From: an uncultured Candidatus Saccharibacteria bacterium | GTDB lineage: Bacteria > Patescibacteriota > Minisyncoccia > Phycocordibacterales > DSPV01 | Reading direction: 5' to 3' | Length of the DNA: 64,000 nt | NCBI GenBank assembly: GCA_964617735.1 | Contig: CAZTXT010000001.1 | Coordinates: 331,589-395,588, forward strand | The notes under the pieces: model-generated | Database searches by the model: none | What the model saw: the letters and a program-made list of their open reading frames with translations, nothing else | What the model was told of the DNA's origin: nothing | Translations under genes and position numbers: made by a program | Part shown: positions 27,592 to 36,268 of the stretch, in pieces | Position numbering within the stretch: the first letter of the stretch is position 1 | Layout of the letters: each line of letters starts with the position of its first letter

Positions 27592-29271
27592 ATGGTCAAA
27601 AAGATATTCGCCGTTCTGGGCAGGGAGATACGCGGCCTCCATGAGGCCGCGTATCTTCTCGCCACGTTTGCATTCCTCTCGCAGTTGCTCGCGCTCCTGC
27701 GCGACAAACTACTCGCGTTCACCTTCGGCGCTGGACATGCGCTCGATGTCTACTACGCTTCATTTCGGATCCCCGACCTCATCTTCGCATCCATCGGGTC
27801 GCTGGTCTCTGCATCGATCCTCTTGCCCTACTTCATCGAGCGCTTTGAGGTCGACCCGGCACGGGGCAGGGCATTCGCCGATCAGATGTTCACCGTTTTT
27901 TTCGCCGCCATGGCCGCGGTCAGCATCGCGGTCTTTTTTCTTGTACCTCTGCTCGTGCCGTATCTTATGCCCGGGTTCGCACATGATCCAGCGCTTCCCA
28001 CGCTCATTGTCTGCGTGCGCATCATGCTACTCTCGCCGTTCCTCTTGGGGCTCTCAAATCTCTTCTCGAGTCTGACGCAGATGCATCACCGGTTCTTGGT
28101 GTATGCGGCGAGCCCTGTGCTCTATAATGCGGGTATCATCGCCGGCGTGCTCTTGTTCTATCCTATCTTGGGCATCCCGGGACTTGCGTGGGGCGTGGTG
28201 GTCGGGGCATTCCTGCATATGGCAGTGCAGCTTCCTTTTATTGCGAGCGAACGACTGCTACCGCGTTTTACGGCGGTGTTTAGCTTAGGGAGCATCAAAC
28301 AGATCGTGCTGACCTCGCTGCCGCGGACGGTAACTTTGTCAGCAAATCAGCTCGCATCTTTCTTTCTGATATCGCTCGCATCCTTGATGAGTGCGGGCTC
28401 GATCTCGGTGTTCAACTTCGCCTTCAATCTGCAGTCGGTGCCGCTCACTATCATCGGCGCGAGCTACTCCTCGGCAGTATTCCCGACACTGTCACGTTTG
28501 TATGTAAAAGGGAATACGCAAGAGTTTCTGGATAAAATGATCGCGTCGGCACAGCATATCATCTTTTGGTCGATGCCCCTGATGGTACTCTTCGTCGTCT
28601 TGCGCGCGCAGATCGTGCGCGTGATACTCGGCGCAGGAAAATTCGATTGGGCGGATACGCGCCTTACCGCGGCCGCGCTCGCGCTCTTCACCGTCTCGAC
28701 CATCGGCCAGTCTCTTATCGTGCTCTTCGTCCGGAGCTTTTACGCGGAAGGGAAAACTGCGCGGCCGCTCTTCATTAATGCGATCTCGGCGGCGCTTATC
28801 GTCGTGTCGGGATATCTGCTGACCAAATTGTTCTACGCATTCCCGCTTTTCCGATTCTTTATCGAGGATCTGCTCAAGGTCAGTGGACAGAGTGGAACGA
28901 GCGTTCTGGTCCTCTCCCTCTCCTATACGCTCGGCGTGCTCGTCAATACGATATTGCACTGGTGGGTCTTCGAGCGATCCTATCGGGGGTTCACAGCGCC
29001 GGTGTTCTCGACCCTTTTCCATACATTCTGTGCGGCGGTTATCACGGGATATGTGGCGTTCATCGGTTTGCGCGTCTTCTCTTTTTTTCCGCTTGAGAAA
29101 GTCTGGGGTATCTTCATGCAAGGTTTCTGTGCCGGTATCATGGGTCTTCTTGCGGGTGTCCTCGTATTGACCATGCTTAAGAATCGCGAGCTCGCCGAAG
29201 TGCGCCGGACGCTTCATCAAAAGATTTGGAAGAGTGCCGTGCCGCCAGCGGAAGTGGAGCATCTTCCGTAA
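27592..29271 (+). CDS. murJ: Lipid II flippase MurJ (MviN family)
   Basis: 559 aa, 14 TM segments, 'FGAGHALDVYYASFRIPDL' MurJ N-terminal signature. Confidence 0.85.
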   Translation: MVKKIFAVLGREIRGLHEAAYLLATFAFLSQLLALLRDKLLAFTFGAGHALDVYYASFRIPDLIFASIGSLVSASILLPYFIERFEVDPARGRAFADQMFTVFFAAMAAVSIAVFFLVPLLVPYLMPGFAHDPALPTLIVCVRIMLLSPFLLGLSNLFSSLTQMHHRFLVYAASPVLYNAGIIAGVLLFYPILGIPGLAWGVVVGAFLHMAVQLPFIASERLLPRFTAVFSLGSIKQIVLTSLPRTVTLSANQLASFFLISLASLMSAGSISVFNFAFNLQSVPLTIIGASYSSAVFPTLSRLYVKGNTQEFLDKMIASAQHIIFWSMPLMVLFVVLRAQIVRVILGAGKFDWADTRLTAAALALFTVSTIGQSLIVLFVRSFYAEGKTARPLFINAISAALIVVSGYLLTKLFYAFPLFRFFIEDLLKVSGQSGTSVLVLSLSYTLGVLVNTILHWWVFERSYRGFTAPVFSTLFHTFCAAVITGYVAFIGLRVFSFFPLEKVWGIFMQGFCAGIMGLLAGVLVLTMLKNRELAEVRRTLHQKIWKSAVPPAEVEHLP

Positions 29272-29342
29272 CTGCTTCGTGGTGCAGTGGGTTGACTGAA
29301 GAGTTGCAAAACGCTTATGATTGGGGAAGAAAGGATATCCGT

Positions 29343-29651
29343 ATGCACACATCTCTTCAGCAACGAATGGCAGCACTACCGTCTCGTGAACTTTTAAGCC
29401 CGCTTCGCGAGCAATGGCCAGACCTCTGCGGGTGCAGTTATCAAATAAAGGACACCGTATGGGCCGTGGTCATTTTTTCAACGGACCGCCACGATAAGAT
29501 AGCAGACATCATCCCTCAGGTAGATGGCCTGCTCGAAAGACTCCGTCTTTCGCAGTTTGTTCGTTGCAAGGAGATTGCAGCGGAGCACTATACGTTCCAG
29601 TTGGTTGATGCCCCGGGAGCAGCCCCACCGATCCCGACAAGTCTTTTGTAG
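29343..29651 (+). CDS. Hypothetical protein (about 102 aa)
   Basis: Internal ATG with a GAAAGGA Shine-Dalgarno sequence. Followed by the terminator at 29658-29690. Confidence 0.35.
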   Translation: MHTSLQQRMAALPSRELLSPLREQWPDLCGCSYQIKDTVWAVVIFSTDRHDKIADIIPQVDGLLERLRLSQFVRCKEIAAEHYTFQLVDAPGAAPPIPTSLL

Positions 29652-29657
29652 AGCACA

Positions 29658-29690
29658 CCGCCCGATCAGTTCGGGCGGTTTTGTATTTTT
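29658..29690 (+). terminator. Rho-independent terminator
   Basis: 'ccgcccga-tcagt-tcgggcgg' followed by ttttgtattttt. Confidence 0.6.
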
Positions 29691-29720
29691 TAGACCCATC
29701 CTGTACTATACGAGGACGAA

Positions 29721-31508
29721 ATGGAAAACATAAGAAATTTCTCAATCATTGCACATATCGATCATGGGAAATCGACGCTGGCCGATCGGATGCTTGAGAT
29801 AACCCAAACGATCGAAAAGCGCCAGATGCGCGAGCAATTTCTGGATTCGATGGAGCTTGAACGCGAGCGCGGTATCACGATAAAAATGAAGCCGGTACGC
29901 ATGCTCTATACCCACAATAATGCGCGCTACACGCTCAATCTTATCGATACTCCGGGCCATATAGACTTCTATTATGAGGTCTCGCGTGCCTTGAAAGCGG
30001 TTGAAGGTGTCGTGCTTCTTGTGGATGCGACCCAGGGCGTCCAGGCGCAGACCTTGACGACGCTTGGCATGGCGCGCGAGGCAAAACTCTCGATTATCCC
30101 CGTTGTTTCAAAGATCGATTCGCCCCTTGCGCGAACGGCAGAGGTCAAAAAGGAGATCGCAAAGATCGTCGGGTGCACCGAACCCGAAGTTCTTGAAGTT
30201 TCCGGTAAAACGGGGGAGGGAGTGGAGAAACTTCTACAAGAGATCATCGCACGGGTGCCGCCGCCCCGGGCAGAGTCGTCAGAGCGAGGTTTCCGCGGTC
30301 TTATTTTTGATTTTCACTACTCAAATCATACGGGTGTCATCGTATACCTGCGGGTGTTCGACGGATCGGTCAATGCCCGCGAACCCTTAAAATTCTGCGC
30401 TTCGGGTACTCGTTTCGTGCCGATAGAGGTTGGTGTCTTCTCGCCCAACGAAACACCGGCGGACACGCTCTCGGCGGGGGAGATCGGCTACGTCGTCACC
30501 GGCATCAAAGAGCCCGGCATTGCATCAGTCGGCGATACCATTACCTCGTTCAAGCACTCCCTGCCGGCGCTTCCCGGATACAGTCAGCCAAAGCCGGTCG
30601 TTTGGGCCTCGGTGTATCCCGAGAGCCAAGATGATTTTGATGCACTACGGCAAGCGATCTCACGCCTCAAACTATCCGATTCATCGCTTACCAGCGAGGA
30701 AGAGAGCTCGGGAGTCCTCGGGCGCGGCTTCCGTTGCGGTTTTCTCGGTATGCTTCATTTAGAGATTATAACCGAACGCCTGCGGCGCGAGTTCGGTCTG
30801 ACGCTCGTGGTTACGACACCCAGCGTCACCTATGACGTTGTCCTCAAAGATGGGAAGCGCATCACGGCATACTCTCCGATACAGTTCCCTGACTATGGAC
30901 AAATTGCCAAAGTCTACGAGCCTATGGTGGACGTTACGATCATCACACCGCCCGATTACCTCGGGCCCATCATGCAATTGCTTTATGAGCATGAAGCGCA
31001 GGTGGGAGAAACCATGGATTTCAGTGACAATCGAACATCTATTGCGCTTACAATGCCCTTACGCGAGCTCATGCGGAATTTTTTTGATGAGATAAAGAGC
31101 ATTACCTCCGGCTTTGCGTCGCTCTCCTACACACTCTCGACTATGGCCGAAGCTGATGTGGTCAGGCTCGATCTCATGGTCGCCGAGGAAGTGGTCCCGG
31201 CGTTTTCCCGTATCATCTCGCGCCGGAAAGCAGAGCAAGAGGCGGAAGCCGTGGCGGAAAAATTGTTCAAAATCTTGCCGAAGCAGCTTTTTGTCACCAA
31301 GATCCAGTCGGTTGCGTTGGGGCGCATCATCGCCGCGCGCCGGCTTGCAGCCCTTAAAAAAGATGTTACCGGATATCTCTATGGCGGCGATAGGACGCGG
31401 AAAATGAAACTATGGCAGAAACAGAAGAAAGGGAAAAAGAAGCTCCTTGAGCGGGGCAGAGTGAGCATCTCTCACGATGTTTTTCTCAAGATGATGCAAA
31501 AAGATTAG
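29721..31508 (+). CDS. lepA: Translation elongation factor 4 (LepA)
   Basis: 'NFSIIAHIDHGKSTLADR' G1 motif and an EF-G-like domain series with the LepA C-terminal domain. Confidence 0.95.
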   Translation: MENIRNFSIIAHIDHGKSTLADRMLEITQTIEKRQMREQFLDSMELERERGITIKMKPVRMLYTHNNARYTLNLIDTPGHIDFYYEVSRALKAVEGVVLLVDATQGVQAQTLTTLGMAREAKLSIIPVVSKIDSPLARTAEVKKEIAKIVGCTEPEVLEVSGKTGEGVEKLLQEIIARVPPPRAESSERGFRGLIFDFHYSNHTGVIVYLRVFDGSVNAREPLKFCASGTRFVPIEVGVFSPNETPADTLSAGEIGYVVTGIKEPGIASVGDTITSFKHSLPALPGYSQPKPVVWASVYPESQDDFDALRQAISRLKLSDSSLTSEEESSGVLGRGFRCGFLGMLHLEIITERLRREFGLTLVVTTPSVTYDVVLKDGKRITAYSPIQFPDYGQIAKVYEPMVDVTIITPPDYLGPIMQLLYEHEAQVGETMDFSDNRTSIALTMPLRELMRNFFDEIKSITSGFASLSYTLSTMAEADVVRLDLMVAEEVVPAFSRIISRRKAEQEAEAVAEKLFKILPKQLFVTKIQSVALGRIIAARRLAALKKDVTGYLYGGDRTRKMKLWQKQKKGKKKLLERGRVSISHDVFLKMMQKD

Positions 31509-31669
31509 CGTAGGTACGTCCGGTCGGTCTCAACTTCTGTCTCGGCTGCATTAGCGGAACAGTGCCGGGAAGTAGAGTAGTATCATGCTGATGACCATCA
31601 GGACACATACGATCGCCCACGCGGCGCGGATCATTTTCTGATGTTTCCGGTTCGTAAACATTTTGGTGG

Positions 31670-31678
31670 TGCTATAAT
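31670..31678 (+). promoter_or_regulatory. Extended -10 promoter element (TGcTATAAT) 8 nt upstream of the ftsB-like ATG (probably a leaderless or near-leaderless mRNA)
   Basis: Seen directly in 'ggtgctataatagcacacaATG'. Confidence 0.4.
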
Positions 31679-31686
31679 AGCACACA

Positions 31687-32064
31687 ATGAAAGATTTTAA
31701 ACGCCGACGGAGCCTCAAGCGTCTTCTGAAAAAACCGTGGATAATCGGCATCTTGGCAGTGATATTCTTTTTTCTTGCGCGCGCGGCGTTTGGAGTCTAC
31801 AAAAGTGAGCAGATAAGCCAGCAGGAGCTTGAGAACGCGCGGCGACAGGAGCAGGAATTGAGCGATCGGGAGGCGTTTTTGCAAAGTCAGATACAGAAAT
31901 TCGGCTCCGAGCGCGGATTGGAGGAAGAACTGCGGACAAAATTCCCGGTTGTCAAAGAGGGAGAGAAGATGGTAATAATAGTTGAGCCGGAGGAGCAAAA
32001 TCCTGGCTCTACCGATTCCGGGAACACTTCAGTATGGCAGAAGTTTATCAATTTCTTCAGATAA
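31687..32064 (+). CDS. Septum formation initiator-like protein (FtsB/DivIC family)
   Basis: N-terminal TM segment followed by a coiled-coil region 'QQELENARRQEQELSDREAFLQSQIQKFG'. Confidence 0.5.
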   Translation: MKDFKRRRSLKRLLKKPWIIGILAVIFFFLARAAFGVYKSEQISQQELENARRQEQELSDREAFLQSQIQKFGSERGLEEELRTKFPVVKEGEKMVIIVEPEEQNPGSTDSGNTSVWQKFINFFR

Positions 32065-32084
32065 TCGGCAGCAGTGAATAGCAC

Positions 32085-32155
32085 GCGAGCGTAGTTTAGT
32101 GGCAAAACGAGTGCTTCCCAAGCATTAGTTGCGGGTTCGATTCCCGCCGCTCGCA
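32085..32155 (+). tRNA. tRNA-Gly(CCC), no encoded CCA
   Basis: Acceptor GCGAGCG/CGCTCGC, anticodon loop 'ttCCCaa', T-arm GCGGG-TTCGATT-CCCGC. Confidence 0.85.
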
Positions 32156-32225
32156 GCGGGTGTATAGAAGCACTATAGAACAATTGTTTTTGATTGTGCA
32201 CAAGGTATTTCTGGCGGTATAATGT

Positions 32226-32507
32226 ATGGCAACCAACGAGCCAATTGATATGCCAGAAGCAACAGCGACAAAAAAGGTAACCATCTATTCGACTCCGACC
32301 TGCGTATTCTGCGGTGCGGTGAAGAAATTCTTTAAAGCGCATAGTGTTGCGTACGAGGAATACAATGTTGCGTCGGATCTCGCGCGGCGGCAGGAAATGG
32401 TAGAGAAAAGCGGGCAGCTCGGAGTACCCGTCATCGACATCGGAGGTGACATCGTCGTTGGATATAACGAGCGCAAGATCGCAGAGCTTTTGGGTATCGG
32501 GCGATAA
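32226..32507 (+). CDS. Glutaredoxin-like protein
   Basis: 'KVTIYSTPTCVFCGAVKKFF' CxxC thioredoxin-fold motif, 93 aa. Confidence 0.7.
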   Translation: MATNEPIDMPEATATKKVTIYSTPTCVFCGAVKKFFKAHSVAYEEYNVASDLARRQEMVEKSGQLGVPVIDIGGDIVVGYNERKIAELLGIGR

Positions 32508-32514
32508 AGATTAA

Positions 32515-32546
32515 AAACTGCCGCTTTCCAAGCGGCAGTTTTTGTA
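32515..32546 (+). terminator. Rho-independent terminator
   Basis: 'ctgccgct-ttcca-agcggcag' followed by ttttt. Confidence 0.6.
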
Positions 32547-32567
32547 CTACATTGGTGACGTTAGTCT

Positions 32568-32639
32568 GCCCCTGTAGTTAAATGGATATAACAGCGCCGT
32601 CCTAAGGCGTTATTGCATGTTCGATTCATGCCAGGGGCA
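32568..32639 (+). tRNA. tRNA-Arg(CCT), no encoded CCA
   Basis: Acceptor GCCCCTG/CAGGGGC, anticodon loop 'gtCCTaa', T-arm GCATG-TTCGATT-CATGC. Confidence 0.8.
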
Positions 32640-32676
32640 ATTGAGAAAACCTCCGGCATTTGCTAAGATTCCTTTT

Positions 32677-32916
32677 ATGGAGGAAAAAGATAGGGAATTG
32701 CTTCGGGCGACCCTGAAGCTTGCCGAAGAGAACAATCGAATACTTGCGAAACTTTATCGGAGCTGGTGGTGGTCGCGAGCATGGAAGTGGTTCTATTGGT
32801 TGGTCATTGTCGGCGTCGCACTCGGGGCGTTCTATTTCCTTCAGCCATACGTTGATCGCCTCAAACAGCTCTACTATTCTTCGGAGAGCCAACTTGAGAA
32901 CGTTCGTCCCAAATAA
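32677..32916 (+). CDS. Small membrane protein (hypothetical, about 79 aa)
   Basis: Start taken at the internal Met 'MEEKDRELL' because the longer ORF would begin inside tRNA-Arg. Trp-rich TM helix. Confidence 0.4.
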   Translation: MEEKDRELLRATLKLAEENNRILAKLYRSWWWSRAWKWFYWLVIVGVALGAFYFLQPYVDRLKQLYYSSESQLENVRPK

Positions 32917-32943
32917 TAGAGGTTGGTGGAGAAACGTATCCTT

Positions 32944-33020
32944 GCCGGGGTAGCTCAGTTGGTTAGAGCGTCCGCCTGAAGAGCGGTAGGTCGCCAGTTC
33001 GACTCTGGCCCCCGGCACCA
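32944..33020 (+). tRNA. tRNA-Phe(GAA) with encoded CCA
   Basis: Acceptor GCCGGGG/CCCCGGC, D-arm 'agctcagttggttagagc', anticodon loop 'ctGAAga', T-arm GCCAG-TTCGACT-CTGGC, CCA at 33018-33020. Confidence 0.9.
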
Positions 33021-34475
33021 GTTGGGAAAAGTCAAAGAATCTTTATTCGCCTCGCTTCGCTCGGCGAGCACTTCGCGCGGCCTGTTCAGCGTAAAATGCA
33101 GTTTCCGATCTTCCAGACAAAAGTTCGAGCCGATGGTTTTAAGAAATGTTGTCATTCCTGCAAAGTTCTCCGAACTTTGCAGAATAAAGGCTTGATTCAA
33201 GGATTTTACGAACTCACGAGCTAGTTCGAGCCACGACAATCCTTTCTGTTCAAAATCAGTGATTTGTTCCTGAAGTTGTAACTTTTGGGAAATGAATTTT
33301 TCTTTTTTCCTCGCGTACTCTTCATGCGTCAACCCCTCACTCAAATACAAGTCTACAAGCTTGTCCAGCTTTTTCTCGACATCGGCTAACTCGACTTTAA
33401 GATTTTGAACAGAAAGGACAGCTTGTTGCCTTGCTCGCCTTTCGTCTTTTTCAAGTTCTGCTAATACCTTCTCCATGTCGTGGCTCGGCAAGGAAACTTT
33501 TCGTAAGAGATTTCTGATTTGCTCGGCTAACTTTTCCTCCCGCACAAAATGCTTTTCTTGGCAGTTTCCTTTTTTCTTGGTGCATCGGTAGTAGTGGTGT
33601 CCTTTCTGTATTTCGGCGGTGATTGAACATCCGCAACTTTTGCATTTCATAAGTCCAAGAAAAGCAAAGTGGTGTTTCTTTATCTCGCAGACCTTGCCGC
33701 GTTTTTCCAAAACCTCCTGCACCTTGTCGAAAAGTTTCTTTGATATGATCGGCTCGTGAGTTCCTTCGAAAATTTCCCCCTTCCACCTCATGAGTCCGGT
33801 GTAGAAAATATTTTGTAGCATGACAGGAATATGGCTCATGGCGATATTGCCGTTTGTATTGCTTTTCAGACCATTTTCCTTGCACCAATTTGCGAGAGAG
33901 TGGAGAGTGTAGTTTCCGGTGGAATACAGTTCAAATAACCTCCTCACTTTTGGGGCTTTCTCCGCATCAACATCAATTCCTCTCGTCTTTGGGTTGTTCA
34001 GGTATCCCACCGGAGCCCAGCCAGGCCAAACGCCATTTCGTATTTTTTGTCTCAAACCTCGCTTCACATTCTCTCGCAAATTGTCTACAAAATATTTTGA
34101 TTGGCCGAAAGCGATATTGAGCATAAACGAACCTTGCGGTGTCGGTTCGAACCAGAAGGTGGGAAATTTCAAAGATCTAATCAAGCCTTTATCAATCATG
34201 TAAATGATGCGTCCACCATCTACACTGTTTCTCGCAAGACGATCGGGGTGCCATGAGACAATACCCTCGGCTTTTCCTTTCTCAATCAATGACAACATTT
34301 CTTGAAACTTGGGACGGCCAGTCTCTTTGGCTGTTTGTGCCTCGCAAAGCGAGGCGACAATTTCAAGTTTTTCTTTGGCGCAATACAAAGACAGCTCAGC
34401 AAGCTGAGCTTGAATTGAAAGCACTTGTCGGTCATCTTCCTCGGTTGATTTCCGAGCGTAGAGGATGTATTTCAT
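32955..34475 (-). CDS. Large serine recombinase (resolvase catalytic domain, recombinase domain and zinc ribbon)
   Basis: N-terminal 'YARKSTEEDD' catalytic Ser motif, zinc-ribbon 'CKSCGCS...YYRC'. The last roughly 20 codons run antisense through tRNA-Phe. Confidence 0.85.
   Translation of the reverse strand: MKYILYARKSTEEDDRQVLSIQAQLAELSLYCAKEKLEIVASLCEAQTAKETGRPKFQEMLSLIEKGKAEGIVSWHPDRLARNSVDGGRIIYMIDKGLIRSLKFPTFWFEPTPQGSFMLNIAFGQSKYFVDNLRENVKRGLRQKIRNGVWPGWAPVGYLNNPKTRGIDVDAEKAPKVRRLFELYSTGNYTLHSLANWCKENGLKSNTNGNIAMSHIPVMLQNIFYTGLMRWKGEIFEGTHEPIISKKLFDKVQEVLEKRGKVCEIKKHHFAFLGLMKCKSCGCSITAEIQKGHHYYRCTKKKGNCQEKHFVREEKLAEQIRNLLRKVSLPSHDMEKVLAELEKDERRARQQAVLSVQNLKVELADVEKKLDKLVDLYLSEGLTHEEYARKKEKFISQKLQLQEQITDFEQKGLSWLELAREFVKSLNQAFILQSSENFAGMTTFLKTIGSNFCLEDRKLHFTLNRPREVLAERSEANKDSLTFPNWCRGPESNWRPTALQADALTN
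33014..33094. repeat. Inverted repeat a, left copy (includes the tRNA-Phe CCA end)
   Basis: Reverse complement of 34530-34610. Confidence 0.8.
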
Positions 34476-34529
34476 GGTTTTGGTGAGAGTTAGTTGATAA
34501 AAATGTTCTTGTATTCTTCCCTAGGGAAT

Positions 34530-34610
34530 TTCACGCTGAACAGGCCGCACGAAGTGCTCGCCGAGCGAAGCGAGGCGAATAAAGATTCTTTGACTTTTCC
34601 CAACTGGTGC
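34530..34610. repeat. Inverted repeat a, right copy
   Basis: Contains a copy of the recombinase C-terminal coding segment (ORF 34494..34679 shares '...FTLNRP.EVLAERSEANKDSLTFPNWC'). Confidence 0.8.
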
Positions 34611-34695
34611 ACTACTCTTGAATTAGTCCGAACGCATTTTGCCGCCGCAGGCGGCGAGGACTGTCCGCGCGAGAATTGAGCGGGCGGAGCCCGCA
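34607..34695. repeat. Inverted repeat b, left copy
   Basis: Reverse complement matches 35995-36085 over about 55 bp at the outer ends, with a variable centre. Confidence 0.7.
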
Positions 34696-35008
34696 TCTTT
34701 TCAAACAGCCAAAGAGGACTAATTCAAGAAAACCATCGACTCGAACTTTTGTCTGGAAGATCGGAGGGAAGAACACAAGAACATTTTTATCTGATTTAAC
34801 GGCCTAGAAAGGCCGTATTTTGATGGTTGTTCTGTACCTTGACTAAACACAAGCTATATGTTATTCTCTCTGCAGTTCGTTGTAAGCGAGTATTTTTGGA
34901 ATTGCCGTAGCATTTGCGGGCTTGTTGGCTTTGTCTAACACGTTTAACTAACAAAGGACTATCGCATGTGAAAGATGACTTGAGTGAGTCATCTAAGTCA
35001 ACGTAGCA

Positions 35009-35722
35009 GTGCACTATAAGCCTATGGATCCAAAAAAGACTCATAGGTTACCTCATCTCCCTCGTCGTCCACGTCCGGCTGGAGAAGCTGAACGCTTGTC
35101 TCGCTGGTTTCGTGACAGGGATATGGAGCTGCAGATTCGCCGAAACCAGGAACGTCGTGGAGAAATACACAACGTTCCGGTCCCTCTAAAAGATCGGATT
35201 CGAAAGAAGACTGATCCGAAAGAGTGGGCTGGCCCTTTTCACAAGGGGGTCAAGGTTGGTGAGATCCGCTCACTCGTGGTTGGGTATACCGCAGTAATGG
35301 TAGACCCAGTGTTTGTTGCAGTGCTGAGCGAATGGCCGCCGAACCCAGAAGTTAAGGAACCCTACTCGAAAGAGAAACGGTTTCTGATCGCAAAGTTCAG
35401 CAGCAAGCGCTACAGTGAACCCGCAACAACAACCGAGTGGATTACTGGCATTGAGAAGCGACCGTGGCTACACGTTTTATCCGTGTGGAACAGTTGCGAC
35501 GTCAGTGCCGGTTTCCTTGAGGAAGGTTGGGTCGAGGGGAAACTCTCGACTGAACAGCTCGCTGACGCATGGGAAGTATTCAGACATGCGTTGACGGGAG
35601 TTCCTCTGTCTGATCGAGTTCGTGCTCAAGTGGGTGCGCCAATAATTCACCCACGAGATCCACGCATTCAGTATCAGATCGAGGAGGCTTCAAGGTTTGC
35701 GGTTCTCTGCGAAGGCAGCTAA
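35009..35722 (+). CDS. Hypothetical 237-aa protein (cargo of the tRNA-Phe element)
   Basis: ORF enclosed by the inverted repeat b pair. No motif recognised. An upstream sigma70-like 'TTGACT...TATATG' lies at about 34840-34868. Confidence 0.45.
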   Translation: MHYKPMDPKKTHRLPHLPRRPRPAGEAERLSRWFRDRDMELQIRRNQERRGEIHNVPVPLKDRIRKKTDPKEWAGPFHKGVKVGEIRSLVVGYTAVMVDPVFVAVLSEWPPNPEVKEPYSKEKRFLIAKFSSKRYSEPATTTEWITGIEKRPWLHVLSVWNSCDVSAGFLEEGWVEGKLSTEQLADAWEVFRHALTGVPLSDRVRAQVGAPIIHPRDPRIQYQIEEASRFAVLCEGS

Positions 35723-35994
35723 CCCATGTGAGGTAACCAATACTGGGAGATCAGAGCATCTGATCGGTTGAACCAGCGGGGGACGGAGAAAACGCCCTGG
35801 CAACAGAAGCTAGTACGGGATCATAAGCTACATACATTCCCGAAAGCACAACTAGGTACGGCAACTACCTCAATCGTTGCATTCAAGGAGCGAGGTTCTA
35901 TCCCAAACTCCGCCGCACACATAAGTGTGCGGTTTTTCGTATTCGCTTGGCGAATGCTAGAATTAGTTTGCGCCAAAGAAAAACTTGAAATTGT

Positions 35995-36085
35995 CAAAGA
36001 TCGCGGGCTCCGCCCGCTCCGTTTTTACGGGGGGTGTCCTCGCCGCCTACGGCGGCGAAATGCGTTCGGACTAATTCAAGAGTAG
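35995..36085. repeat. Inverted repeat b, right copy
   Basis: See inverted repeat b, left copy. Confidence 0.7.
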
Positions 36086-36226
36086 TGCACAAGAAAATCG
36101 GCGCAAGCCGATTTTGCGTGATGGGGGCCAGAGGGGGAAGGGGTCGGGGAACAGGGACGTTCCCCGATGAGGAGAGCAGTCTGCCGAAGGCGAGACGTTG
36201 AGAACCGCGGGTTCTCAAGGAGCGTA

Positions 36227-36248
36227 GCGACTCTGTGCCCCGGCACAA
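36227..36248 (+). repeat. Partial copy of the tRNA-Phe 3' end (attR-like)
   Basis: 'gcgactctgtgccccggcacaa' vs tRNA 'ttcgactctggcccccggcacca' (20 of 22 identical). Confidence 0.6.
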
Positions 36249-36268
36249 GAAAATCGGCGCAAGGATAT

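Larger units (their letters stand above)
33014..36263. mobile_element. tRNA-Phe-associated integrative element: serine recombinase unit and orphan-gene unit, each flanked by its own roughly 80-90-bp inverted repeats, ending in a tRNA-Phe 3' fragment and a 21-bp direct repeat
   Basis: Inverted repeat a at 33014-33094 vs 34530-34610 (about 2 mismatches). Inverted repeat b at 34607-34695 vs 35995-36085. tRNA-Phe 3' copy 'gcgactctgtgccccggcacaa' at 36227-36248. Direct repeat 'gcacaagaaaatcggcgcaag' at 36087-36107 and 36243-36263. Confidence 0.6.

Noticed and set aside
32617-32676. N-terminal extension of ORF 32617..32916
   Set aside because: It would start inside tRNA-Arg, so the internal Met at 32677 is preferred.
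33451-33888. 145-aa minus-strand ORF inside the serine recombinase
   Set aside because: It is an alternative frame of the recombinase gene.
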